DNA of 63,032 nt, counting the filler, from Olpidium bornovanus S191 (lineage: Eukaryota > Fungi > Olpidiomycota): the NCBI GenBank assembly GCA_017911155.1. It is 27 parts of 27 records of this genome, joined end to end, with 100 filler letters (N's around TTAATTAATTAA, not from the genome) between each part and the next. Parts side by side here need not be neighbours in the genome. Positions count along the whole stretch, not along the records: positions 23,409 to 24,929 come from JAEFCI010006601.1; positions 25,030 to 26,233 come from JAEFCI010007987.1; positions 26,334 to 28,197 come from JAEFCI010006706.1; positions 28,298 to 29,795 come from JAEFCI010012021.1; positions 29,896 to 31,050 come from JAEFCI010011844.1; positions 31,151 to 33,230 come from JAEFCI010001654.1; positions 33,331 to 35,328 come from JAEFCI010012006.1; 20 more parts are not named here. One strand, given 5' to 3'. Position numbers and translations under genes: made by a program. Under the pieces are notes generated by a model, which was given only the letters and a program-made list of their open reading frames with translations, searched no databases and had not been told where the DNA came from. Positions 23,409 through 35,428 of the stretch are shown in pieces (the first letter of the stretch is position 1; the number at the start of each line of letters is the position of its first letter).

Positions 23409-24440
23409 AGAGGGGGGTGGGGATGGCTCCTCGATAGCAGACGTACATTCCACGTGACAGAAAGCGAGGCGCATCACCTGTGGGCAAGCTGGCAAAGGCC
23501 AACTGAAAGTGCAGGGCGATCCACTCATGAGGACCAGCGACGTCCTCGTGATGCCGGTCCTCACCTGCAACCTTCTGTTTCTTGTTGGCCAAAAAGGGCG
23601 TGAAGGCTGTTTCTGACGGCTGATTTTGCAAACTCTTTTACCAGGGGTGTCACCCTGGGCACGAAGACATTGACAACCTCCCAGACGTGCTTGCTGCAGG
23701 CGGAGACGGCACCAGAGAACTGGGGTGCTTGTTTCCACAATATCCCATGCCAGGGTTGCGCACGCGGGGAAGTGCGACGGATGCGAAACCTGCTACGCCG
23801 GCAAAGGCGCCAGAGCCGCCCGTCCGCGCCAGAGAGAAGGTACGCCGAAGAAGGCCAAACTGGAAAAAGTCCATACTGACTTGCTGGAGTTTCCCACGCC
23901 ACATGGGGGGTGGGGGGCTCTCAAAGTGGATAATCATTTTTCTGGATGAGGTAACGTGTCACCTCCGTGTCTACTGTCTTAGATGAAAAGAAGAGGCCCT
24001 GACTGGCTTCCGCATATATGCCGTGGTCGTCCGCCTGGAAACTGGGGATCGGTCCAAATGTCTACAGGGAGATGGGGGACGCAAATACGCCAGTAGCGAA
24101 TGGGCAGTTCTTTCGGAGGAGACGGGCTTACGCGTTTAATTTACGGCGAGGAATTCGCCCCATCAGAATGAAATGGCAGAATGCATCAATCGGACACTGC
24201 TGGAGAGAACGTATTGCCTCCTCCTCCACCATAACGCCCCGGAGCGTTCCTGGGCAGAGGCAGCAGTTCACGCCTGCAACCGGATTATTCACTCCGACCT
24301 GGGTATGAGTCCCCTTTAAGCTTGGCCCGGAAGGGCGCCGCCTCTATGACACTTACGTGTGTTTGGCTGCCTGGCTTACGCCCATGTGCCCAAGGAGCTC
24401 TGCAAAGGAAACTTGCGCCGAGGGCAAAGCCAATGGCCTT
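23409..24440 (+). mobile_element. Degenerate Ty1/Copia pol (protease, GAG-pre-integrase, integrase core)
   Basis: WLLDSRRTFHVT, DVLVMPVLTCNLL, CETCYAGK..LEKVHTDL, QGDGGRKY, SPHQNEMAECINRTLLER, WAEA and HLRVFGCLAYAHVP, with many stops and frameshifts. Confidence 0.9.
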
Positions 24441-25066
24441 CATGGGGCGGGGGGAAATGTTAAAAATTGTGGGATCCGGAGACCCGTCAATTCGTATGGA
24501 GCACAGTTACAGGTGTTGTTTGTGTCGCACGGTTCACAACCAACTCGGGCCCAGCACATTGGGCAGCAGTAGAAAGGGTATTGCAATATTTGAACGGGAC
24601 AATGGATCACGGCCTCCACTTCCAACATGTGCCAAAATGAGGGAGCGAAGCTCACCGGAGTTTATAAATTCTATGGGGTCAGAGGGGGGGAGGGGTGGGT
24701 GGTGATTCGGGGCGTGCGTGCGCGGCGTGTGTGTAAAAGAGTGGAGCGTGTGTGGGGTATAATGGCACATACAGTGAGGAAGGAGGATGGACCAGGCTCC
24801 TCTACCCCTCCCCGCCCACTCCCCCATCCCTTCTTAAAATGGGCCACGCCTCGGCCCGCTTATTTTTCTTTAATTGGCTCGGATTCTGTTTTTCGGGCGG
24901 TTCACGGCCCGCAACGGCACCCTTCATGCNNNNNNNNNNNNNNNNNNNNNNNNNNNNNNNNNNNNNNNNNNNNTTAATTAATTAANNNNNNNNNNNNNNN
25001 NNNNNNNNNNNNNNNNNNNNNNNNNNNNNAGAAGGGGTTTATCCGCATTGCTCGCTTTGGGAAGAG

Positions 25067-25900
25067 CTAGCGTACGTTCGTCAACGCCCTTTCCAGAAAT
25101 CCCGCGGTGTCAGGTATGTCTGGCGGCAGCGTAAGATTGCGGAGCTCATGCTCGAAGCTGTAAGTCTGCTCCGCTTTGAAAATGCCGACGGTCCTAAGCG
25201 CAACCAAACGTTTACAAAGTCTGATTTCGGGAAACGACCGGCAGAGCACCCAAGTCGTCACGAACCGCTCAATAAGGTCGTTGACACCAGTCCAAAATTT
25301 GAAGATCCTTTCCTGCTCGGCGAATTCTTCGGGAGGGAGACTGTTTGCATCTTCGTTTGTCGATGGCGGGGGATATGCCTGCTCGATCTCAGAATGCAAC
25401 TAAGTTTACAAAAAAAGGCGCGAACGGAGTTGTTCATTCATCTCAAACATGCTTGTATCTTGAAACGCCCTCCAGATTCTTGTCCCCCAGTAGCCCCGTT
25501 TCCCATCGCCCTCCTTTCCTCCCCCAAACACCGCCTCCTTCCCCACACGCTTCGTGCACAGTTACACGCCAACTTGAGAAAAGACTAACGTTCGCCAGCT
25601 CGTCCTCGTTTTTGGCAATGTTGAAGTTGCTCTCCTTTACTAGGGCGCAGTGTACCGAATGCTGGTCCAGCTTCGTCTGCGGAACGCTTTGCTCGCAGAT
25701 CCGGCACACCACGTCCGCGGGGGCGTCGTTGCCGGCCGCGGACGTCTCCTCCCAGTCAAACCCCTTGCTCACCAGGCCCTCAAACTGGCCGTACTGGCTG
25801 GTCGAGCCATCGAGATTGAGCCGCATCCGGAGCCCGAGGGCGCCTTCGCCTGTGTTCGAACTGCCCGACCCCAAAACAGAATCGTCCTTCCCCGACACCC
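25067..25900 (-). CDS. Internal exons of a probable Rim15/Cek1/IRE-like kinase gene (N-terminal region)
   Basis: VVCRICEQSVPQTKLDQHSVHC...NFNIAKNEDEL resembles the CRICE..V....E.HS..C motif of Rim15/IRE kinases. The kinase domain is not in this contig. Confidence 0.45.
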
Positions 25901-26438
25901 GGCGCCAACGCGGGTTCGGACGGCGTTGTTGTTGTCAGACGACACGCTCAGAGGCAACGGGCGACCGGAGAACAAAAAGCTTCGTGTCGCGTGAATTGTG
26001 TCGAGCTCACCGTGCTCAAAGGAGCGTTTGCCCGCCTCATTTTGACGGAAATGAGCAGCGCGGGGAAGACACGCGGCACGTTTCTCGCGAAGCGGAGGGG
26101 AAGAGGAAGTGCGTCGGTTGACGAGAGGTGCGTGTACGATGTTTTTTGGCGAATTTTCTTTTTTTTTTTTTTTTTTTTTTTTTTTGTTGGGGGGGGGGGA
26201 ACGGGGTGGCCCGGGGGGGCGGAGGGGGGGGGGNNNNNNNNNNNNNNNNNNNNNNNNNNNNNNNNNNNNNNNNNNNNTTAATTAATTAANNNNNNNNNNN
26301 NNNNNNNNNNNNNNNNNNNNNNNNNNNNNNNNNCATGGCGTGAAAAGTGAGGTTTGCAGTGTGATGACGACGGCGGATAGCGGGGTTGGTGAAGAGAGAA
26401 AGCCTGTGGTGGGCGACGAAATGACTCTTGTTTACGGC

Positions 26439-27310
26439 TTAGCCGGAAGAGGAGTCCGAGGAACCGGAGGAGTCCGAGTCCGAGCCCGAGCAAGACGAGG
26501 ACCGCTTCTGGTGATGCTTCTGGTGGTTTTCCATTTGGCCATGCTTGCTGTGCTTTTTCTCCTTTTTCTCGTGCTTGTGGTGTTTCTTCTTCTCCTTTTC
26601 GTGCTTGTGGTGTTTCTCCCCCGCGTTTTCGTCGTGATGCTTTTTCTCGTCGTCGTGACCGTGATGTGCGCCCAGTTTGTCCTGGAGAACGCTGCCGCCG
26701 ATAGCTCCGGCAATCTGCGAGGCGCAGGGGCAGAACAAAAAGGGAAGGGACTGAGACGCGTCTCGTTTTCCACCGGAGAGAGAGTAGGGCAGGAACGGCG
26801 ACGGGCGGAGCTCCCGAAGCGCTTTTGTTTTTTCGCTAGCAACCTGCGGAGAAGAACAAAAAAAAAAAAAAAAAAAATAAAAAATAAAAAACGCGGCATT
26901 GTACACAACGTACCGCGCCGATGACGCCGTGGCCGAGCTTGTGGCCGGCCAATCCGCCGGCCAGCCCGCCACCGGCAGCGCTTTTTCGGGAAAGCGCGGA
27001 ACGGACGAACGCCACCCGCGATGGACACGCGGGGCAACGCGGCGAGAGTCAGGGAGCCGCAGGAAGCATCGGCAACGGGCAACCCGGAGAGGAACCAACA
27101 AAAAAAAAACTTAGATTCGCGGGGGGCAAGGTTCCGCCAAGGGCTGACTAACCCCAAGAGGCCGCGGTCATCGGTCGCCCCGGAGTGCGGCTGTTCGGAA
27201 CCCTGCTGCTGCTGGTGCTGCGCCGGCGGCGGCACGTGTAAGCACCCCGGGTTTCCCTGCTGCTGCTGCTGCTGCTGCTCGGGCGGGAAGTTCGGGTTGT
27301 AGAACGACAT
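26439..27310 (-). CDS. Glycine-zipper protein with Gln-rich N-terminus and His/Lys/Glu-rich tail (3 exons)
   Basis: MSFYNPNFPPEQQQQ...DDRGLLG / AGGGLAGGLAGHKLGHGVIGA / IAGAIGGSVLQDKL...HHKHEKEKKKHHKH...SSSCSGSDSDSSG*. Confidence 0.7.
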
Positions 27311-28541
27311 CAGGTCTCTCACTCTTTTTTTCTTATTTTTGTTTTTTTTTTCCTTCTCTCAACGGACTCCGCAAGGAGGGGCTGGCGGGCACCTGCGGGG
27401 GTGCCGCCCACCGCCGAAACACCGGGCACAAAGGAGCTTCCCAGCAAAGCAGCGTGCCGGCTGACGATTCCATGCTGAATCGTTTTGCCTGGCCGACCCC
27501 AGCGGGAGCACAGACCGGAGAACAGGCCGGGCAGGCGAGCAAGAAGGCGAGAAACTCTCCACAGAACAGTCCAAGACTCCAGCTGGTCTGGGAGCCGAAG
27601 TAGGCCGGTTTTTTGTTTTTTTTTCACGCTGTGCACCGTTAGTACTATGTAGAGCGCGGCACGCGTACACTGCCGTCGTTACGGTCGTTGCGGACATTGC
27701 GATCCGCACTTTACGAAGGTACGCCGTGTGCGGCCGTGCGCTGTCGTGCCCCGTCGTGCGCCGTCGTGTACTGCATGCCGCCGTTGTGCTCCCGTCGTGC
27801 CGCCGTCACGCGCCAGCGGGCGTGCGCCGTCGTTAAGAGTCGCGTGCACTGTTTATACACCCCTAGAGACTAAGAGAGGCCAACACACGAGCAATTCCAG
27901 TAGACATGGACTTGTTGGCAACAGAAAAAACCAAACCACTCGTGCCAATTCGTCAAGCTGGATACGGACCCGCAGGGCGCGTTTTCATGCACGTGGGGAA
28001 GTAAATCCACAGCTGCAGAATTTATTATCCTTATATTCGTTCCCATTTAATTTAATAATTCATATAATAATATATATAATGTTAATAATTGCTACATTGC
28101 TCACTCTGCAAAGCAGAAGGGCAATAACTCTCAAACGTTTCCACCCACCCCGTATATATTATATACTTATATACTACTACATATACTTATTCCCATGNNN
28201 NNNNNNNNNNNNNNNNNNNNNNNNNNNNNNNNNNNNNNNNNTTAATTAATTAANNNNNNNNNNNNNNNNNNNNNNNNNNNNNNNNNNNNNNNNNNNNCCC
28301 CCCCCGCACGGGGCACCGTCTCTCTCTGTCTCTCTCTCTCCCTCCCTCTCGCGCTCCTGCGCTGCTGCTGCCGCTGCAAACCCAGCGCCGCGCTCTTCGC
28401 CCCGCGCCCTGAGGCGGCACGCAGCTTTTACCCTTCGAATCCGCCCCCCTGTGCCCGCCCAGTTGCGTGCCCGCGCCGGGCCGGCACCCCGTCTCTCCGG
28501 ACACGCTCGCCCTTTTAATTTTATTTCCAGGTGCGCATACA

Positions 28542-29718
28542 ATGATAGCTGCTATGGACGGGACCGCCACGTACGCGGCGGAGTCGCCGCCCGCCTCGCC
28601 GAACTGCCAACCCGACGGTGCTGAGCGCCGGTCACTCAAGCCTGGGTCCCCCCCACCGCGGCGGTGTCTCTCCTCTTCCGAGGTGGAGAGCGCGATCCGG
28701 GACGAAATACCGATGCTGGACACCGTGGTCCACCACGACCGGCTGTTCGAAGGTGCCGCCAGGATCGTCTTGGACCTATTCCCGGAGTGGGAAGAGGGAG
28801 GTCTGCACATGGTCCAGGTGAGGCCAACAGGCTCTCGTGTTTGCGGGAGGGGTTACCGGTTGCTTACCGTGGCCGACGGTTCTCGTGCCCCGACGGTTCT
28901 CGTGCCCCGACGGCAGTGCAAAGACGGCATCACCAACAAGCTCGTGAAGGTCACGCATTCCGGACCCAATAACCGGCCGGAAGTGGTCCTGGTACGTGCG
29001 TACGGGAAGAAGTCGGAGGTCCTCATCGACCGCCACCAAGAAATCGTCAACATGGTGACTCTTAGCAAACTGGGTCTCTGTCCGCCGCTGTACGGGCGCT
29101 GGACAAACGGGCTGGCGTACGGTTATATCCCGGGCAGAGTGTGTACGCCGGAGGACCTGACGGAGCCTGATGTCGGGAGGGCCGTGGCAAAGAGTCTCCG
29201 TGTATGGCACTCGGTTGAGTTAGCAGAGCCGGATGAATCGACGCAGAACGGGTTGGACACTGCCGTCCAGGCCGGTGGCAAACCTGGAACCGCCAGCGAA
29301 GTGCACTGTCACCGGCCCAAACTGTTCGACACTCTCAGGAGATGGATGGCCGAAGGTAGCGTTCCGTGCCGTTTGTGCTCGTTGCAACGGTGCCTCATGA
29401 CGCTAAATGCACGTCGTGTCGTCCCGCAATCCACGCGCGGCGTGGCATCTCGCAACCCGCGCAGTTCCCTTTGCGTATCAAAATCCCTCCAAGAATGCGC
29501 TTTTCCAATCACGCTTCGACCATCACACGCTTCGCCGTGAACTTGAAAATCTGCAACTGCGCCTTCAAGTGGTCCATTCACCTGTCGTGTTCTGTCACTG
29601 CGACTTACTCGCCGCAAACATCATTTACGACGATGTGAAAAAGGAGGCGAGTTTCATTGATTACGAGTACGGTGCATGGAGCTATCGCGGATTCGACATC
29701 GGTAACCACTGGAACGAG
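28542..29718 (+). CDS. ETNK: Ethanolamine/choline kinase (3' partial)
   Basis: DGITNKL, VLVRAYGKKSEVLIDRHQE, PPLYGRWTNG..YGYIPG, VVFCHCDLLAANII and FIDYEYG..YRGFDIGNHWNE. Confidence 0.9.
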
Positions 29719-29895
29719 GTCAGCCGCGCCCCCCTTCGTCTTTTGTCCCCCGCGTGTTTCGGCCGCCAGATCGTGTCGAATCCTGCAGCTTACGANNNNN
29801 NNNNNNNNNNNNNNNNNNNNNNNNNNNNNNNNNNNNNNNTTAATTAATTAANNNNNNNNNNNNNNNNNNNNNNNNNNNNNNNNNNNNNNNNNNNN

Positions 29896-29957
<62 letters not shown>

Positions 29958-30607
29958 TTTCCCCCCCGCCCCCCCCCCCCCCCCCACACCCCAGGCTCTC
30001 CACGTCCGGCAGGCGCTCCCGCCCTGCGTCCCAGCGCCGCCTGTTCCCGCCGCTGCCTGCGCTTTGCCAACCCGCTCCGCCAAGGGCCTCCAGCTGCCGC
30101 GGACGATCTTTTCCCCCTCCGGCAAAATACGCCACGCGGCGAACATCGATCACATCGGTGATCTGAGCCTGCCGCGCCCACGCGATCGGGCTTCTGCGGG
30201 GGGACCACCTCGAAACGTGGGTGTCCTCGCGCCGCGTCGATCCGTTCGACCCGCCGTCGTCGTGGGGGGGGGGGGGCCGTCGCGCGCTGTCCCGCCCTGC
30301 TCCCTTAGGGAAGCCCGCCCAGGCACCCGCCGTTCTTTCTGCTCGTCTGACGTGGGGCGCGGCGTCGTCGTTTCGTTCGGAAGCCTAGGCTTTACTTCCG
30401 GAGCCGCACGCGCACCTTCTTCAGAAGAATACCACGCGTCCCTCCCCCGCCCCTCTCCCCCCTCCCCTCTCCCTGCTTCGGGCTCGAGGCGGTCCAGGAA
30501 CGCCACTACATAAAAATCCCGCGATCCCTTCCCCGGCCCCCTCCCCCCCTCCCCCACCGCCCGACACCCAACCAGGCAGCGGATCCCCGACCCCGCAAAC
30601 GTAAATA

Positions 30608-30866
30608 ATGATCTCGCGCGAGGGGAGACGGGAGAACACGACCAGGGCCAAGCAGAAGGCCTTCAAGGTTTACTCCGGTATCACAGTAGACGAGATCACC
30701 GTGAGGGGCGTGCAGGTCATGCGCCGCCGGTCGGACGACTGGATGAACGCGACGCAGATCCTTAAGGCGGCGGGGCTCGAAAAGGCCCGGCGGACGAGGG
30801 TCCTCGAAGGGGAGGTCCAGCATTGCGAACACAGCAAAGTCCAGGGCGGGTGCGGGAAGTATCAAG
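30608..30866 (+). CDS. APSES (KilA-N) transcription factor, Mbp1/Swi4/Res type, N-terminal exon
   Basis: [45 protein letters not shown]...[13 protein letters not shown]. Confidence 0.9.
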
Positions 30867-31150
30867 GTTCGTTGTCCAGGGTTGTCTCCCCCAACCCGCC
30901 ACCTCTCCCCCCCCCCCCTTCCCCTCCCCCCCCCCCTCCCCCTCCGGCTTCCCACCCACCTTCCGCCGCCACACCCCTCCTTTCCCCCCCCCGGCGAAAA
31001 GAGATAGGGGTAAACCGCGCTGTTCCCCCTCACCCCCCCCCTCTTCCCCCNNNNNNNNNNNNNNNNNNNNNNNNNNNNNNNNNNNNNNNNNNNNTTAATT
31101 AATTAANNNNNNNNNNNNNNNNNNNNNNNNNNNNNNNNNNNNNNNNNNNN

Positions 31151-31585
31151 GACGACGGCGACGTATCCGTACCAAGTGTTGAAGTCCAGATTGCAGGCGA
31201 GAAGTTTGTGCGGGAAATCGCGTTTTCCACGGTAAATGCTGCCGGTTCTTTGTCTCACGAACAATGGCATGGTTTGCTCTCTTCATTACGTATACCCAGG
31301 TTACAGGGTCTGTCTACGCTGGAGTTTTAGACTGCATCTCCCGGACGTACAGGTGAGGGTCGCGCCCGGGGAGAAAGTGGCCAACAGGGCACCTCCGCAC
31401 AACATTGACGGAATTGGCGGGGCATCGCCTGGCGTGTTGGTCCCCGCAGATTAGAAGGATTGGTGGGATTCTACAAGGGTTTGGTGCCGAACGTGATCAG
31501 AGTGCTGCCGGGCACCTGCGTCACATTTGTCGTGTACGAGACGGCGGCTGGCTACTTTAGGCAGCATCCACGATACGCCGACTGA
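31151..31585 (+). CDS. FLX1: Mitochondrial folate/FAD carrier (Flx1/SLC25A32), 3' exons
   Basis: TYPYQVLKSRLQ / YAGVLDCISRTYR / EGLVGFYKGLVPNVIRVLPGTCVTFVVYE...*. Confidence 0.75.
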
Positions 31586-32209
31586 CCAAATTCCTGGAAG
31601 TCAACGTAGTCGAGATCGCAACTATTTCGGAGGGCGAGGAAGCTTTCTAGACAATACCGGACGCGCCGTCGGCAGGGTATCCCAACGATGACGAATCCCG
31701 TTCTAGGCGGCCGTCCGCGGTAATACGTTTTACCAAGATCATCCCCGGCTGAAGGCCCCATCTAGGAATCTTCGAGCGGCGTAGGGCGGTTTCTCAGACC
31801 GCCGAAAGCGGACTCTGGAAGATGAGGCCACGCCACCACGACGGCAAGTTTTGGACATCTCCGCCACGTCCAAGGTCTACGTCCTCCGGGTTTTGGCAGC
31901 TTCCGGCCAGAATTCCAAGTCTGCTCTCGCCTTGGCGGTCCGGTAACGTAGCAGTACCGCACGCCGCTCATATATTTACCGTATGGAGACATCCCAACAA
32001 ACCGCGAGTGCACGAGCGGATGCCGGTCTTCCCGCGTGTCCGTCGGTACTTGCCTGGTCCGCGGTCCGCGCGGCAAGTACGCGTTGCGGAACGCCCAATC
32101 ACGCTGGTCTTTCTGTCGGGGGGGGGGGATGCTGCATTACTACCACCTCCAGTTTGCTACGAGGCGCCGACGCCACCGAGTAAAAACCTCGCGTTCCGGG
32201 TGTGGCCGG

Positions 32210-32905
32210 TCAATAGAATCTCGTGTACAGGTATACGAAGACGATGACGCCCATGGCAAAGAATATGAGGTAGAACAGGTATTGGCCGTTTCGAGTCTGG
32301 GCCACGGTCTTCAGCTGTCGCAGCGTCCCCGACAGCATGGTCTCGGTCTTCCCGAAATCGCTTTCCTTCACTCCCCCACCCATCCGACCGCGATATAGAG
32401 ACACACGCACACACACAAATAAATACACACGCGCGCACATATTGCACGAGCCACGTTAGCCTTGCACACGGCATAACAAACCTGCTCTCTAACGCCCCGG
32501 GGAAGAACGCAAACGGCGTACCATTTTAGCAAACATCTTGTTCTGTTCTCGGATCGTCTCCCCTATGTTGAGCGTGATCTGCCAGGCGAAAGAGAGGTTT
32601 AGTGGGTTTAGGAAGGGGGGGGGGACAGGAGGGGGCGGCATCCTTTCGTTTTTTCGCCTCTTCTCCGATTTGCATTGCGGAACCGTGGTGGCGGGGGACG
32701 GACGGACCTGCTTCAAGACATCGACCTTCCCAGAGAGGCCGGATATCCGCTCTTCGTTTTCCTCTTGGAGAAAGGCGCCACCGACGGCGCCAACGGCGGC
32801 CGGCGACCGGCCGGCGCTGACGCCCGACGACCCGCCCTGCTCGGCCGCGGCCGCGGTCGAATTTTGAAACAGCCGGGACCGCTGGTCGTCGAAGGCATGG
32901 TGTGC
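32210..32905 (-). CDS. BET1: Bet1/Sft1-type Qc-SNARE
   Basis: AFDDQRSRLF, FLQEENEERISGLSGKVDVLKQ / ITLNIGETIREQNKMFAKM / ESDFGKTETMLSGTLRQL, and a C-terminal TM segment YLFYLIFFAMGVIVFVYLY. Confidence 0.8.
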
Positions 32906-33330
32906 TCTGTTTTATTAGAATGAAAACGAAGGAGCGCGCCGGCCCGGCGCGGGGGCGCAAGAATCCCTTTTTAGTTTCTGGTTTTACTTTTTTTTTTTTT
33001 CGGTTCTCTTGAAGAAAAACGTCGGCGGGAAAATGGGCAGTAATGGAGGCCGGGGTGAAAAGGAGGGAAAAAAGAAGGGCCGGCGGGATAAGGAGAAGGT
33101 GCGGGGCAAAGGTCCTTTTCGCGCGCACCTCTGCGGCCTCGATCGGCTGCCGGACATGCCCCGTTTCTCCCTCGCTCCCTCCTCGCCCGCGGCTCCCTCC
33201 TCGCCCGCGGCTCCTCCTCCCGCACGCCCANNNNNNNNNNNNNNNNNNNNNNNNNNNNNNNNNNNNNNNNNNNNTTAATTAATTAANNNNNNNNNNNNNN
33301 NNNNNNNNNNNNNNNNNNNNNNNNNNNNNN

Positions 33331-35211
33331 CTTATCGGTCGCCCATACCAGAAGCAGTTCGATCGTAGAAATCGTCGTCGTCATCTTCGTTTTCCTTCAA
33401 CAGCTTCTTCAATCTGGTTGACCTCATATCTAGGCATTGTGTTTCGCATGCCCACAAGACAGGTGAGGCCGAGAGACGATATACTAGTCCTGGTCAATCG
33501 ACACACGCACGGACACACCTGCGGCTGAAGGAACAGTAGAATCCGACCTGAGTAGACCCCGCGCGTCCAACTTTTCCATGGCATTTAGAGCCGCCGCCTG
33601 CTCGGTTTCCCTAAAGCAGGCATCAGCACGCCCTCATTCTTCGTTCGCCCCTCAAAACTTGCTTCGCAGCGTAACAGTAAGGCTTCACGTTACCTTTTGC
33701 GGCTGCCAACAGCAGTCCCGTAAACTGGGCCATCTTCGTCGTCAAAACCAAGATGAATTCTGAGGACAATAGCAAAACTTTCAAATAAACCACAAGCAGT
33801 AGTCTTGCGTGCGGTAATCAGTTTCACTCTTTTATACCGTGAGGTGTATACTCGCGCGTGTCCCGGTCCCTCCTCGGTTGTTTCGTACTCCACAGGCAAG
33901 CTTCGATGCTCCAGGTAGTTTCTTAACGACTTCGCGAAAAGAAAATTTCGCGTATAGTGTCGACTTCAGGCGACCGCAACGCAGGAAACGGAGGCAGGCC
34001 TTCAAAGCGCCCCGTCCTCACCGTTTTAGGATCTTTCCTGTAGAACGCGTCCTCATCAGGTAAAAAGCCAGAACCTCCCGCAGCAGTCGTCGCAAGGCGC
34101 TGATCCGCTTCCCTGAGGAACGTTGGCCGGGTTCCCGAGGGGCCGTCTTCGCGGTCCTCGTCCTCCTCCTCCGCGTCATCAGCCATGCCCCTTCAAGGGG
34201 TTTCACGCAAAGAATGCGTCAGCAACGCCACGGCGTCAAGCATACCGCAGTAACGCTCAAACCGGCTATTACCAGCTGACGCCTCGCTCCTCTTCCAATC
34301 TATTCTCCTCAGCAACTTCCAAAACCCTCCTTCTCCTTTCTTCCGCGCGCGCCTCGAACGCCAGATAATCCAGTTCGGGCGGCCCTGTGAAGCAGTAAGA
34401 CCGAGTACTCTCGCCGAAGCGCAGCTGGTCTCCTATCCGCAAACGCTGGTAGGAGCGCGGGGCGATCGGCCGTTTGTTGAGTTTCGTTCCGTGAGCCGAC
34501 CCCAAGTCATAGATGTGGGCAGTGCCGTCAGCAAAGAATTGCAGAACCGCGTGGTAGCGGGAGATCGACTGGCGTGGGGGAAGAGAGAAAAACGGCCCTG
34601 CGTTAAGGCTCGGGCACTCGGCGGGCGAATGCGGCCGGCAGAGGCCAGGTGGCTACCGCGCTTACGGGGTGTTCCATGGGCAAATCACACATGGGCAAAC
34701 GTCCTAGAGGCCAACGAGAAAACGCGTCAAGAGAAAAATACAGACACCACGCGACGCCGGGTAATGAGCAACTCGGCGGCCCCTCGAGTCCCGGCGGAGT
34801 GAGGCCGGTTCTGGATGCAGCGCACCGACCGAACACGACAAACTCTTGGTCCGGCATGTCGAGGGTTTCAAGGAGCGCTCCGCTCCTCACCACCTCAAAA
34901 CCGAGGCCGGGTCTCGGCAAGGACGAGCCTTCCGGCCTCTCGTACTTGAGGGGTGGGGCGTCGGGCCGCGCTGCCCGCCCTCCGGCACGCCCGTTCTGAG
35001 GCGCAAACCCGTCCGGGGTGCTGGCGGCGACGGCTTCTAAATCGGCTGCAGCGGTAACCTCGCCGGCTGGCGTGTCGGTGACGTCGTCCGGCGCACAGGC
35101 GGCGACGTCGGTGGCATCGGCTTCGGCGGCGGGGGCAGGGTCGGGGGCGGAGGCAGGCTGAGGGGCGGCGCTTGCTTTTGTCTTCGGCAGCGGTACGGCA
35201 AAGGTGGCCAT
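33331..35211 (-). CDS. SLC4A1AP: Kanadaptin-like FHA-domain protein (3' partial)
   Basis: PPLKYERPEGS..FEVVRSG..VVFGR / LPMCDLPMEHP / SISRYHAVLQF..YDLGSAHGTKLNK..GDQLRFGESTR, GVSWGM and FYRKDPK. Confidence 0.75.
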
Positions 35212-35428
35212 GCTGGGCGTCTTCCGCCTTCGGTTTTTTTGGAGGGGAGGGATCTCACACGCATAGGCGCTTCGCGCATTTTGGCTTGCGTGCGCATGAC
35301 GGCACGTGACCGGAGGTAAACGCCACCCNNNNNNNNNNNNNNNNNNNNNNNNNNNNNNNNNNNNNNNNNNNNTTAATTAATTAANNNNNNNNNNNNNNNN
35401 NNNNNNNNNNNNNNNNNNNNNNNNNNNN

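Noticed and set aside
23561-23937. Minus-strand spliced gene suggested by the ORF track
   Set aside because: The plus strand carries clear Copia protease and integrase motifs.
27640-27870. Helitron 3' end (CGTG-rich repeats followed by CTAG)
   Set aside because: No convincing hairpin at the expected distance from CTAG and no second copy in the window.
28877-28912. 17-bp tandem duplication (and an 11-bp one near 60453)
   Set aside because: Small intronic slippage duplications with no further structure.
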